Assembly: GCA_964548955.1 (NCBI GenBank)
Contig: CAZJTP010000001.1
Span: 74,285 to 134,298 of the forward strand
Reading direction: 5' to 3'
Source of the DNA: an uncultured Phycisphaeraceae bacterium
Lineage (GTDB): Bacteria; Planctomycetota; Phycisphaerae; UBA1845
DNA: 60,014 bases
A model generated the notes under the pieces. It was not told where the DNA came from, did not search any database, and saw only the letters and a program-made list of their open reading frames with translations. Positions within the stretch are counted from its first letter, which is position 1, and the number at the start of each line of letters is the position of its first letter. A program made the position numbers and the translations under genes. Shown here one piece after another: positions 28,049 through 37,501 of this stretch.

Positions 28049-28777
28049 ATGGGATTGAGACTTGCGGACGACATTCGAGAACTGGCGATCGAGGCCGGTG
28101 CCGACTTTTTCGGCGTGGCCGACCTTGCCCCGGCCCGTGATGCTATCTTCGAGCAAGGGGGAGAATCCGTTGCTCGCTTCCCGCGTGCAGTCTCCATCGG
28201 TATCGCACTACCGCATTCCATAATCGATAAGCTGCCGGACCGGACAAGCGTAGCCGTCGCACGAAAGTACTGGCAGGTCTATGTCGAGACGAATCAACAC
28301 CTCGATGAGATCACATCGCGCCTGGTCGGCAGACTTCAGCAGGCGGGTTTTTCGGCATTGGCCGTACCTGCGACGCATACTGTGGATCCCGATCGGCTCT
28401 GCGGTGTTTTCTCAAACAAACTCGCAGCCCACCTGGCCGGGTTGGGATGGATTGGGAAGAGTTGCCTTCTCATCACTCCGGAGGCGGGGCCCCGGGTCCG
28501 CTGGGCTACCGTCTTGACCGGCGCACCGCTGGCGGCGACGGGTCGGGCCGCCGATGAGCAGTGCGGGGAATGCCGGCAATGCGTGGACACGTGCCCCGCA
28601 AGGGCCTTTACCGGCAGGCCATTTCGAGCGGACGAGCACCGTGACATGCGCTTTGCCGCCAAAAAATGCAAAATCTACGTGACCCAGATGAAAGAGAAGA
28701 TGGGCTGTCCCATACTTTGTGGTCTTTGTGTTTCTGTCTGTCCACACGGGAAACAGGACCATCCGCAGGACCATTGA
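28049..28777 (+). CDS. 4Fe-4S double-cluster protein, epoxyqueuosine-reductase (QueG)-related
   Basis: Cys motifs CGECRQCVDTCP and CGLCVSVCPHG. N-terminus DDIRELAIEAGADFFGVADL is typical of the QueG/reductive-dehalogenase-related family. Shorter than canonical QueG. Confidence 0.65.
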   Translation: MGLRLADDIRELAIEAGADFFGVADLAPARDAIFEQGGESVARFPRAVSIGIALPHSIIDKLPDRTSVAVARKYWQVYVETNQHLDEITSRLVGRLQQAGFSALAVPATHTVDPDRLCGVFSNKLAAHLAGLGWIGKSCLLITPEAGPRVRWATVLTGAPLAATGRAADEQCGECRQCVDTCPARAFTGRPFRADEHRDMRFAAKKCKIYVTQMKEKMGCPILCGLCVSVCPHGKQDHPQDH

Positions 28778-28944
28778 ATGCACTCGATTCCAGAGCAGAC
28801 TGCGATTTCGTGTAGCGCACCCCCCTTTCATCCCCCCTTGCCAAAGGGGGAAAGAGGGGGGTTCATCCGATACACAAGAGGTAGAACCCTCCAAAGACCG
28901 CCGCTTTTCAGAACGAGTGATTCACACGTCCGTTAGGCCGAGCC

Positions 28945-29165
28945 TTACTTCCGTCCGTAGGTCTGGATTACCGAGCTGTTCAGGTCGGAGGTCAGCTTGT
29001 CCAGGGAGCGGAGTTGGCCTGTGCGTGAATCTCATCCAGTTCGAACAGACCACGGTTGGACAGGCGATGATACTTGAGGTGATCCCAGACATACTCCATC
29101 GGGTTGAGCCCGGGTGCGTACGGCGGCAACCACTCGATCGAGAGCCGTGGATAGGCCGCCCGCAA
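28945..29165 (-). mobile_element. IS630-family transposase fragment (C-terminal ~70 aa, frameshifted)
   Basis: Minus-strand translation LRAAYPRLSIEWLPPYAPGLNPMEYVWDHLKYHRLSNRGLFELDE carries the LPPYxPxLNPxExxW block with the catalytic E of DDE. The tail LRSLDKLTSDLNSSVIQTYGRK-stop is in another frame. The N-terminal two thirds are absent. Confidence 0.75.
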
Positions 29166-29167
29166 CT

Positions 29168-29581
29168 ACGGCGTCGTGAGACGCCGCTGGGAAGGTTTCT
29201 CGATCCCGTTGCGGACAAGCTCCTGGTCGCCAGCGAGGTGGTTTTACTGGCGATCGACGCCACCGCCGTCTCCAGCTTCAACCTACCCGGTTGGGTGGCG
29301 GTCGTCGCGCTGGGCAAGGAGGTACTGACGGTGATCGGGTTCGGCCTGGTCTATTTGATTACGGTGAGCCCTTCGTCCAACCGCGGATTTTGGGAAAGGC
29401 CTGCACCCTGGTACAATTAGTCATGATCGCGTTATGCCTGCTGGCACCGGATTTGCCAACAATTGTGCAGCGACTGTAGGCGATTTTGTACTGGCTCGCG
29501 AGCGGGCTGGCGGTCGTTGCGATTGTGGACTATTTGAAGATTGGAAATCGTTTCGACTCGGAGCACCACACAAAGACGTAA
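29168..29581 (+). pseudogene. pgsA: CDP-diacylglycerol-glycerol-3-phosphate 3-phosphatidyltransferase (pgsA) remnant
   Basis: Begins mid-motif at RRRETPLGRFLDPVADKLLV, so the N-terminal ~60 aa including DG..AR are missing. A frameshift lies near 29365 (GFGLVYL / GEPFVQPRILGKACTLVQ). An in-frame TAG at 29477-29479 is followed by the typical tail AILYWLASGLAVVAIVDYL. Confidence 0.7.
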
Positions 29582-29594
29582 AGGTGAAGACCTG

Positions 29595-30842
29595 ATGAGC
29601 AAACTACACTTCTCGCCAATCGACAAAGCACTCGAAGACCTGCGTGAGGGCAGGTTCATCATCCTCGTCGACGACGAGGATCGTGAAAATGAGGGCGATC
29701 TGGTCATGGCCGCCCAGAAGATCACGCCTGAGGCCGTCAATTTCATGCTCAAGGTCGGTCGCGGCGTCCTCTGCACGCCCATGACCCGGGAGCGGTGCGA
29801 GCAGCTCAACCTGCCGCTGCAGACGTCGGACAACACCGCGCGTTTCGGTACGGCCTTTACGCTCACCGTCGACGCCCACAGCCGCTTCGGCGTTACCACC
29901 GGCGTCTCCGCGATGGATCGCGCCAAGACGATTGAAGTCGCCTGCGCGCCGGATACTCGCCCGGCGGATTTGACTCGACCCGGCCACGTGAATCCGCTCA
30001 TGGCCCGCGACGGCGGCGTCCTTGTACGGGCGGGACAGACGGAAGGATCGGTAGATCTGTGTCGCCTGGCCGGGTTGCGGCCGATAGCAGCCATCATCGA
30101 AATCATGAACGATGACGGGACAATGGCACGCATTCCGGACCTGGCGCGCCTGTCCGAAAAACACGGCATCCGCATGTACACCGTCGCCGACATCATCGAG
30201 TACCGCATGCAGCGCGAGTTCTTCGTGAAACGCGGCGTGACCACGAAACTGCCCACGACATTCGGCGAGTTCTCACTGATCGAATATCACTGCCCGGTTG
30301 ATGTCGAGCCGCATCTGGCCCTGTGCTGCGGCGGCGTCGGTGATCTTGATGCCAACGGAGACCCGATCGTGCACAATGAGCCGGTTCTGGTGCGCGTCGA
30401 GTCCGAGTGCATGACCGGACACGTCTTCCATTCATTGCGGTGCGACTGCAGCGAACAGCTCGATGTGGCCATGCAGATGGTTCAGGAGGCGGGGAAGGGC
30501 GCGGTCCTCTATCTGCGGCAGGAGGGCCGCGGTATCGGCCTGCACAACAAATTGCGGGCGTACAAACTACAGGATGAGGGATTCGACACCGTGGAGGCAA
30601 ACGTCAAGCTCGGGCTCCCCGTCGACCGACGCGACTACGGCATTGGAGCCCACATTCTCCGCGATCTGGGTCTTAGACAACTTCGCATCCTCACCAACAA
30701 CCCCAAGAAGGTAAACCGCCTCGAGGTTTACGGCATCGAAATCGTCGAACAACTGCCATTCGAAATGCAACCCAACGAGCACAACCGCTTCTACCTCAAA
30801 ACTAAAAAAGCCAAAATGGGCCACCAGCTTCGGGATGTGTAA
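29595..30842 (+). CDS. ribBA: bifunctional 3,4-dihydroxy-2-butanone-4-phosphate synthase / GTP cyclohydrolase II
   Basis: Blocks DRENEGDLV and GHVNPL in the DHBP synthase half, and ECMTGHVFHSLRCDCSEQL with YLRQEGRGIGL in the GCH II half. AAGGTGAAG lies upstream of the ATG at 29595. Confidence 0.95.
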   Translation: MSKLHFSPIDKALEDLREGRFIILVDDEDRENEGDLVMAAQKITPEAVNFMLKVGRGVLCTPMTRERCEQLNLPLQTSDNTARFGTAFTLTVDAHSRFGVTTGVSAMDRAKTIEVACAPDTRPADLTRPGHVNPLMARDGGVLVRAGQTEGSVDLCRLAGLRPIAAIIEIMNDDGTMARIPDLARLSEKHGIRMYTVADIIEYRMQREFFVKRGVTTKLPTTFGEFSLIEYHCPVDVEPHLALCCGGVGDLDANGDPIVHNEPVLVRVESECMTGHVFHSLRCDCSEQLDVAMQMVQEAGKGAVLYLRQEGRGIGLHNKLRAYKLQDEGFDTVEANVKLGLPVDRRDYGIGAHILRDLGLRQLRILTNNPKKVNRLEVYGIEIVEQLPFEMQPNEHNRFYLKTKKAKMGHQLRDV

Positions 30843-31129
30843 CGCTGGATTGCGCAAAGGCGAACGGCGGGGAGCATATTGCAATAACGACTCGCAAGAA
30901 GGGCGGTAATGGTACCGGCGACACCGGTGATCCGCACCCGTTTTATGTGCCAGCCGCTACGGAGTCGATGACGGTTCGTCCGATCGGGTGGGCGGAGCGC
31001 AGACGCGCGTACCTTCAACAGCGATATTGATCAACGCGTTCCGGTTACGATGGAAGCAAAGCCGGCAGGCCGGGAACTCGACCTGCCGGCTTCGCAAAAC
31101 TCTCAGATCAACCTATCGGCAGAAATCCA

Positions 31130-34100
31130 CTACGGAAAGACCACCGCCGATTCAAACACGACGTAGCCGACCTGCTCCGTCGTGTGGTTACGCTCGCTGT
31201 CGCCGATCTGGTCTTCGTCACAGGCCAGATTCAGCGTCGTCGAGGTTGTCGGGTTGGCACCATACGAATACGACCAGCCGCCGTTACCGCCGTCCATGCC
31301 CGCCATCGTCGTCACCGCAACCGTGGGCGCGGATGTAAACGACGTGTCGAACGTGTAGGTGTACGGTGGACTGTTCGTCACACCTGCAACCGTGTCCGCT
31401 CCGACTAACGCCTCGAATTCCACACCACCGATCGTGCCGTGCCCGGCCTCGAACACGATGAAGCCGACAGTCTCATCGGCCCGTGTTGTGTCGGTGTCCT
31501 CGGCGACCTCCTTGCCGGTCTTCAGGGCGCTGGCCGACGGTGGATTCGTCCGTCTGCTGCCCTGGCACCAGAAGACCGACCACATTGGATCGTTGTCACT
31601 CATCACCTGACCAAGAACCACGGGGCTAGTGTAGCTCTGACCGTAGCTTTGAGACTCGCCGACCCAACTGTTGTTCTCGTCGGTGACCGTTGAGAGGTAC
31701 TTCTGGGCCTCGATGTCCACGCCGTCGATCGTCCAGGTACCTTCCTCCACAACCAGGTAGCTGACGGTCTCCGAAGACACGCCACTGCCCGAGGGATTCT
31801 GTAAGTAAACGTCGAAGCTCGTCGACGTGACGGCGGTGACTCTCGCAACGACCGGCGTGCTGTTGTTGTAGTACTGCACTGAGCAGACCACCACGGGATT
31901 GACGTAGGTGCTGGTAAGATTCACGGTCACGGCCGTGCCGCCGACGGTCACCGTGCCTGCTTCCATGATGCCGGCTCCGCCGGGGTCGCATGCATCGGTG
32001 TCCTCATTACAGGTTTCACCCGGTTCGCACGGATCACCGGTCGAGCTGCAATCGGCAACCGCATCGCAGAACTCCGTCCCGTTACAGAAGAGCCCGTCGT
32101 CAGGACAGTAGGCATCGTTCGGGATATTGTCGCACGAATCAGTGCCCTCGTTGCACGAATCGTCCGTACAACCCACGCCGTCATCGCAGTCGACGGCCGT
32201 GCCCGGCTGACAATCGTAAACCGGATCGCACGTTTCCGCGCCATCGCAGTACACGCCGTTATCACAGTAGGCATCGTTCGGGATGTTGTCGCACGAATCG
32301 GTACCTTCATTGCAGGAGTCGCCCGTGCAGTCAACGCCGTCATAGCAGTCGATGGCCGTACCGTCCTGGCAGTCTGAGACCGAGTCGCACCACTCGGCAC
32401 CGTCGCAGTACAGTCCGTTGTCGCAGTTGGCATCATTGGCCACGTTATCACACGAGTCCGTGCCTTCATTGCACGAATCGTCCGTGCAGCCAACACCGTC
32501 ATCGCAATCGACGGCCGTGCCATCCTGGCAGACGTGGTCGACACAGGTTTCCTCGCCGTTGCAGTAAACCCCGTCGTCACACTCCCAGTCGTAGTCGCAC
32601 ATCGGCCCCACGGTCGCGGTAACGGAAATGTCGTCAACAGCCATGTCACTGCGGTAGCTGCTGCCGGTGACGCCACGGAAGCGGATGACGATCGTCGTCC
32701 CACTGTACGAAGTAAGATCGACGTTGGCCTCATACCAGGAGTTACCCTGGTCTCCGGACAGGCTCCAGGCGTTCGTCCAGCTAACGCAGTCCTCAGAGAC
32801 CTCCACATTCAAGGTTCCCATATTGCTGCCATACATGTGGTACCAGAAGGTCAGCTCCGCATCGCTCGCACTGGTGAGGTCGAAGCAGGGGCCTTCCAAT
32901 ATGGCTGTCTTGTTGGGGTAATTCGGGGAGGATGACTCGGTGTACACATAGTAAGAGCCGCCATGTGCACCGGACGGCCCCGTGCTGCTCGACGGGGTCG
33001 AGCCGCTTCGGCGCGTCCAGTCAAAATCATCGCCAGAGGCGTTGACCCAGTCTCCCCAGCCGCTTTCAAAGCCTTCGGTGTAGGGATACGAGGAGACAGT
33101 GCTCGCGCATTCGTTGTAACAAACACCGTCCGTGCAGGTATCCACCGTGCAGGCGTTGTCGTCGTCGCAGTCCTCGTCGTTTATGCACTCGACCTCTTCA
33201 CACGTGTCCGTCTCCTCGTTGCAGGCCTGTCCTGGGCACGGATCGCTGCCCGGTTGACAAAGGTAGTCAACACAGGTCTCCACTCCGGTACAGAACAGTC
33301 CGTCGTCACAGTCCTCATCACCGTCGCATGGGATCGCCGGCGTCACGGTGACGGAAATATCGTCAACGGCCATATCACTTCGATAGCTACTTCCGGTAAT
33401 TCCACGGAAGCGGATGACGATCGTCGTCCCACTGTACGAAGTCAGATTGACGTTGGCCTCATACCAGGAGTTACCCTGGTCGCCGGATAGGCTCCACATA
33501 TTCGTCCAGGTAACACAATCCTCAGAGACCTCCACGTTCAGCGTCCCCATAGCCGATCCGTACATGTGATACCAGAAGCTCAGCTCCGCATCGCTCGTGT
33601 TGGCGAGGTCGAAGCAGGGGCCTTCCAGTATCGCCGTCTTGTCGGGGTAGTTCGGGCTCGACGACTCAGTGTAGACGTAGTACGTGCCACCGTGGGCGCT
33701 GGACGGACCGGTGCTGCTCGAAGGTGTTCCGGCGCTGTCCCGTGTCCAGTCCATGTCATCGCCAGAGGCGTTGATCCAGTCTCCCCAGCCGCTTTCAAAG
33801 CCTTCGGTGTAGGGATACGAGGAGACGGTGCTCGCGCATTCGTTGTAACAAACACCGTCCGTGCAGATATCCACCGTGCAGGCGTTGTTGTCATCGCAGT
33901 CCTCGTTGTCTATGCATTCGACGTCCTCGCAGATGTCCGTGTCCTCGTTGCAGTACTGACCCGGCTCGCAGGGATCGCCAGTTCCGACGCATACACCGCC
34001 TGAGCAGTTGTCTGTCAAGGTACAGAACAATCCATCGTCGCAGGGGTCCGTGTTGGGGATGCCACAGGTGCCGGCGCCGTCACATTCGTCGTCCGTGCAC

Positions 34101-36097
34101 ACGTTGCCATCATCGGTACAGGGTGTGCCCGCGGGATCAAAGCAGTTGTCGGCGGCCTCGTTGCAGTTGTCGGCGCACTCCGACCCGCCGACACATGGAT
34201 CGCCCGCGTGCACCGAACAGGTGCCGCCGGAACACGTGTCCGCACCGTTGCAGAACAAGCCGTCGTCACACGAGTCCGTGTTGTCGTAGGCCACGCAGCT
34301 GCCGCCGCCGTCGCACTCGTTGTCGGTGCAGACATTGCCGTCATCCGTGCAGACCGTACCCGCCGGGTCATAGCAGTTGTCGGCGGACTCGTTGCAGGAA
34401 TCAGCACACTCCGAGCCGCCGACACACGGATCGCCCGCGTGCACCGAGCAGTTGCCACCGGAACACGTGTCCGCACCGTTGCAGAACAATCCGTCGTCGC
34501 AGGAATCCGTGTTGTTCGTGTACTCGCAGAATCCGCCGACACACGCGTCATCGGTGCACAAGTTAACGTCGTCGCACTCCCAGTCGTACTCGCACTCCGG
34601 CTCCGGCTCGACAAGCGCCAACGAGTTGAGCACGTCGATGCGGCCGTAGCCGTAAGCGCGGTCAAAGCCGGCAGATCCCATATCGATGGCACCGTCGCGG
34701 ATGATCTGCCGCACCTCCGCCGGCGTCAGCGAGCCATCGGCACTCAGAATCAGTGCCGTCAAACCGGCCACGGTTGGGCAGGACATGCTCGTGCCGCTCA
34801 TGCCGGTGATTGAACCGCCGCCGGCGGCATTGCTGGCTGACCAGATGTTCGCACCGGGTGCGGTCACGTCGAGGTAATCGCTCTCGTTGCTGAAACAGCC
34901 TACCTCGTCGGTCTGGGGGGCGTAGTCCGTGCATATCCCCCAGTTCCAGTTCGTCGTGGGGTCCTCACACGTTGGGTAGTCGTTCTTCCAGGTCATGCCG
35001 ACGGCGATGACACTCGCACCGCAGGCCGGGGAGCTTAGCGCATTGCTGTAGTTTTCATTTCCCGATGCAGCAACAGCCACGACGCCGTTAGCGACGGCGT
35101 TATTCGCCGCAACCGCCCAGCTATGCGTACACGGGCCGCTGTAGTTGCCCGTTCCGATACTCATGCTGATCACATCCGCCTGTGCTCCGGATGCGGACTG
35201 GTCCGCACAGTAGTTGATGCCGGCGATGATGTCGCTGTCGTAACCGCCACCGGCGCTGTTCAGAACCTTGACCCCGATCAGTGTCGCCTCTGGTGCAACG
35301 CCCTGGAAAGGCATGGAACCCGTGCCACAGGGATCCCAACTCAGCCCGGTGCCGCCGGCCGCAATGCCGGAGCAGTGAGAGCCGTGGCCGTGATCGTCTT
35401 CCGGATTCGAATCGTCGTTGTAGAAATCGTAACCCTTGGATGTGTCGATCCGATCGGAATACATGATGTGATCCGAATCGATGCCGGTATCGACGATGCA
35501 AATACGTACGCCGGCGCCATCTGCCGAGTAGCCGGCACCGGTGATCTGGCTCTGCAAGCCACGAATCAACGGCATGCTGTCATGGAGCATCAGCACGTTC
35601 TGGTGGTATTCGTCCTCCTCAATCCGTACGACCCCCGGAAGCTCCTTTAACGCGTCAACCTGACTCTCCGGAATGTCGCGCAGGTTGAGCACGTTTGGAA
35701 GAACGGCGTTGTACTCGTACTTGACCACGCCTCCTCTTTGGGCCGCAAACGCCCGGACGTCCGCCCGTTCAATCGCGCTCGCTATGGTTCCTTCCTCCAT
35801 GTATACGAGCACACTTACGAGGCCCGGCTTGCCGCGTGGACCGCCAACCGGTACAGCTTCCAAATCCTCTTGGATCGGTGCCCCAACGATTTCTCCGGGC
35901 AAACGCGGTCCGACAGCCTCGTAATAAGCTTCGTCGATTTGCAGTTGCACCGTGTTGGTAGGCACGGTTCGCATACGTCCTAGTTTGGCCCCGTCAGCGC
36001 CACTCGCCGTCCAGACAACGCCTGCACCCATGATCACAACCGCGGTCATGGCCGGCACCCACATCCTTCTCCTCTTCGGTCGTAGAATCCCTCTCAT
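31130..36097 (-). CDS. giant secreted S8 subtilisin-like serine protease with Cys-rich repeats, two MAM-like domains and two C-terminal beta-sandwich-like modules
   Basis: Signal peptide present. Catalytic triad blocks ICIVDTGID, HGHGSHCSG and GMSGTSMSCP (aa ~200-440). Repeated DGLFCNG../C.DD.N.CTDD.C modules. Two copies of YPYTEGFESGWGDW...FWYHMYGS.MGTLNVEVS... (MAM-like). Tail modules are of the F..P.V..../R+..vt..sF type (H-type-lectin-like, low confidence). Confidence 0.9.
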   Translation of the reverse strand: MRGILRPKRRRMWVPAMTAVVIMGAGVVWTASGADGAKLGRMRTVPTNTVQLQIDEAYYEAVGPRLPGEIVGAPIQEDLEAVPVGGPRGKPGLVSVLVYMEEGTIASAIERADVRAFAAQRGGVVKYEYNAVLPNVLNLRDIPESQVDALKELPGVVRIEEDEYHQNVLMLHDSMPLIRGLQSQITGAGYSADGAGVRICIVDTGIDSDHIMYSDRIDTSKGYDFYNDDSNPEDDHGHGSHCSGIAAGGTGLSWDPCGTGSMPFQGVAPEATLIGVKVLNSAGGGYDSDIIAGINYCADQSASGAQADVISMSIGTGNYSGPCTHSWAVAANNAVANGVVAVAASGNENYSNALSSPACGASVIAVGMTWKNDYPTCEDPTTNWNWGICTDYAPQTDEVGCFSNESDYLDVTAPGANIWSASNAAGGGSITGMSGTSMSCPTVAGLTALILSADGSLTPAEVRQIIRDGAIDMGSAGFDRAYGYGRIDVLNSLALVEPEPECEYDWECDDVNLCTDDACVGGFCEYTNNTDSCDDGLFCNGADTCSGGNCSVHAGDPCVGGSECADSCNESADNCYDPAGTVCTDDGNVCTDNECDGGGSCVAYDNTDSCDDGLFCNGADTCSGGTCSVHAGDPCVGGSECADNCNEAADNCFDPAGTPCTDDGNVCTDDECDGAGTCGIPNTDPCDDGLFCTLTDNCSGGVCVGTGDPCEPGQYCNEDTDICEDVECIDNEDCDDNNACTVDICTDGVCYNECASTVSSYPYTEGFESGWGDWINASGDDMDWTRDSAGTPSSSTGPSSAHGGTYYVYTESSSPNYPDKTAILEGPCFDLANTSDAELSFWYHMYGSAMGTLNVEVSEDCVTWTNMWSLSGDQGNSWYEANVNLTSYSGTTIVIRFRGITGSSYRSDMAVDDISVTVTPAIPCDGDEDCDDGLFCTGVETCVDYLCQPGSDPCPGQACNEETDTCEEVECINDEDCDDDNACTVDTCTDGVCYNECASTVSSYPYTEGFESGWGDWVNASGDDFDWTRRSGSTPSSSTGPSGAHGGSYYVYTESSSPNYPNKTAILEGPCFDLTSASDAELTFWYHMYGSNMGTLNVEVSEDCVSWTNAWSLSGDQGNSWYEANVDLTSYSGTTIVIRFRGVTGSSYRSDMAVDDISVTATVGPMCDYDWECDDGVYCNGEETCVDHVCQDGTAVDCDDGVGCTDDSCNEGTDSCDNVANDANCDNGLYCDGAEWCDSVSDCQDGTAIDCYDGVDCTGDSCNEGTDSCDNIPNDAYCDNGVYCDGAETCDPVYDCQPGTAVDCDDGVGCTDDSCNEGTDSCDNIPNDAYCPDDGLFCNGTEFCDAVADCSSTGDPCEPGETCNEDTDACDPGGAGIMEAGTVTVGGTAVTVNLTSTYVNPVVVCSVQYYNNSTPVVARVTAVTSTSFDVYLQNPSGSGVSSETVSYLVVEEGTWTIDGVDIEAQKYLSTVTDENNSWVGESQSYGQSYTSPVVLGQVMSDNDPMWSVFWCQGSRRTNPPSASALKTGKEVAEDTDTTRADETVGFIVFEAGHGTIGGVEFEALVGADTVAGVTNSPPYTYTFDTSFTSAPTVAVTTMAGMDGGNGGWSYSYGANPTTSTTLNLACDEDQIGDSERNHTTEQVGYVVFESAVVFP
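32042..32524. repeat. three tandem ~162-bp coding repeats (54-aa Cys/Asp-rich units) inside the subtilase gene
   Basis: The unit DC.DGV.CT.DSCNEGTDSCDN..NDA.C.....C.G.E.CD...DC..GTA. is read three times in the translation (aa ~1192-1352). Confidence 0.8.
32609..34042. repeat. two tandem ~729-bp coding repeats (Cys-rich linker + MAM-like domain) inside the subtilase gene
   Basis: aa ~686-925 versus ~929-1163 align colinearly, with roughly 85-90% identical residues by eye (for example VSSYPYTEGFESGWGDW[IV]NASGDD[MF]DWTR). Confidence 0.85.
34046..34507. repeat. two tandem 231-bp coding repeats (77-aa Cys-rich unit) inside the subtilase gene
   Basis: DSCDDGLFCNGADTCSGG[NT]CSVHAGDPCVGGSECAD[SN]CNE[SA]ADNC[YF]DPAGT[VP]CTDDGNVCTD[ND]ECDG occurs twice (aa 531-607 and 608-684). 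Confidence 0.85.
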
Positions 36098-36665
36098 GAC
36101 TTGCTAGCTCCTTGTCTTAGATCCATCGAACAGAATAAACCCAATGTTGCCGCTGCACGTGACGTAATTTCGCCGGAACAGCCCGCTGTTTGTACAACGA
36201 AAAATGTCAGCATGCACGACAGCAACGCCACTGCGAGCCTCGAACACAACGCAACAATCACAGATACATGCAAGACGCACCGGACCGGAGATGTCGAACT
36301 CTGACGCCCAGGTGCGAAAGAGTCCGGCTGGGGACAGCATAGCGATGTGTGTCGTACGATACAAGTGTACGATCGAGCGACACCCGGTTTGCGGTCGCCA
36401 TGTAGGCCTCTCCAGGTCATGTGTCAAGGGCTGCGCATAATCTACCGGCCGAAGCCTCGATGTCAAAGCGACACTTTTCGTGATGGCATCCAGCCAGGCT
36501 GGGTGGCTCTGGGTGGTTGCCCACCCAGGGTGACCTGCCCCCGATTTATGTACCAGTCGCTACGAGAGTCGTTGCCGTTTCGTCCAGCCGGGCGGGCGGA
36601 GCGGCGCGCCGGCGTAGCGCAGCGCAGCCCGCCCGACACGAGGCCGCGAAAGCGGCTGGGCAATC

Positions 36666-36971
36666 ATGGGCCTGCTGACTGCGGGGACGTCCTGGGCCCA
36701 GGATGGACGCGGGTCGATTGTCGGCTGGAGTAGCCAAGTCGGCGGCGTGGACCTGAGTGCTGACTTCGCGGCGGTCGCAGGCGGCGGGTGGCATCTAGGC
36801 CTGAAGACCAACGGTTCGATCGTCGCGTGGGGACGGAACGATTACGGCCAATGCAGCGTGCCGCCGCCGAACACTAACTTCATAGCGGTCGCGGGCAGGT
36901 ACGGGCACAGTCTCGGAATCGAGGATTTTCCGCGAGACGATACCAGCACGCCGAACCCTCCCCACGGTTGA
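36666..36971 (+). CDS. short RCC1-like repeat protein (possibly a gene fragment)
   Basis: GSIVGWS...AVAGGGWHLGLKTNGSIVAWGRNDYGQCSVP...IAVAGRYGHSLGI resembles about 1.5 RCC1/BLIP-II repeats. The N-terminus looks like the tail of a signal peptide only. Confidence 0.35.
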   Translation: MGLLTAGTSWAQDGRGSIVGWSSQVGGVDLSADFAAVAGGGWHLGLKTNGSIVAWGRNDYGQCSVPPPNTNFIAVAGRYGHSLGIEDFPRDDTSTPNPPHG

Positions 36972-37036
36972 CTGCCCGGAACCTGACTCCTAGAATCGCT
37001 TCACGTTTTCCAAAGGATCTAACCGAAGGAGAGACT

Positions 37037-37375
37037 ATGACAGGCTCCGATACACTGGAATTCACCGACAGCAGTTTTGAAGAGGCAGTGCTGGGCGCCG
37101 ATCAACCGGTGCTGGTGGACTTTGGGGCGGATTGGTGCGCTCCGTGTAAGGTGCTGGGTCCCGTGATTGACGAGTTGGCCGCCGAATACGCGGGTAAGGT
37201 AAGGGTCGGGAGAGTCGACACCGACGCGAATCGCGAGGTCTCCGTACGCTTCACGGTGAGCGCTATCCCGACGGTCATCCTCTTCAACAAGGGGGAGATC
37301 GTCGAGAAGTTCATCGGATTGAGGGGCAAGAAGGATTTCCAAGCCGCAATTGAGCGGGTCATTACAGCCTCGTGA
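37037..37375 (+). CDS. trxA: thioredoxin
   Basis: WCAPC active site within VLVDFGADWCAPCKVLGPVIDELA. 112 aa. AAGGAGAG lies upstream of the ATG at 37037. Confidence 0.95.
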   Translation: MTGSDTLEFTDSSFEEAVLGADQPVLVDFGADWCAPCKVLGPVIDELAAEYAGKVRVGRVDTDANREVSVRFTVSAIPTVILFNKGEIVEKFIGLRGKKDFQAAIERVITAS

Positions 37376-37501
37376 CCGCCGTCCTGGTACCGTGCGATCG
37401 GGTCGCGGATTCCGCGGGCAGTGTGGCGCATGAAGTTCGCGTGACGCCCTACGGGCGTACACTATTGCGCATGGAGCGGTCCCGCCGTGACCGGTTGACC
37501 G

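Noticed and set aside
29432-30256. 274-aa minus-strand ORF
   Set aside because: It is antisense to the well-supported ribBA gene. It is Ser/Arg-rich with no motifs, a typical high-GC shadow ORF.
31948-34692. Multiple alternative-frame ORFs inside the subtilase gene (for example 31948..32808, 34015..34692, 31990..32622)
   Set aside because: These are Arg/Thr/Pro-rich translations generated by the repetitive Cys/Asp codons of the real frame. The S8 frame is continuous and motif-rich.
31130-36097. Subtilase as a dedicated cytochrome-processing protease (by analogy with Geobacter OzpA/OmcZ)
   Set aside because: It lies 13.5 kb from the cytochrome operon on the opposite strand, with ten housekeeping genes in between. 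There is no evidence for a functional link from the sequence.
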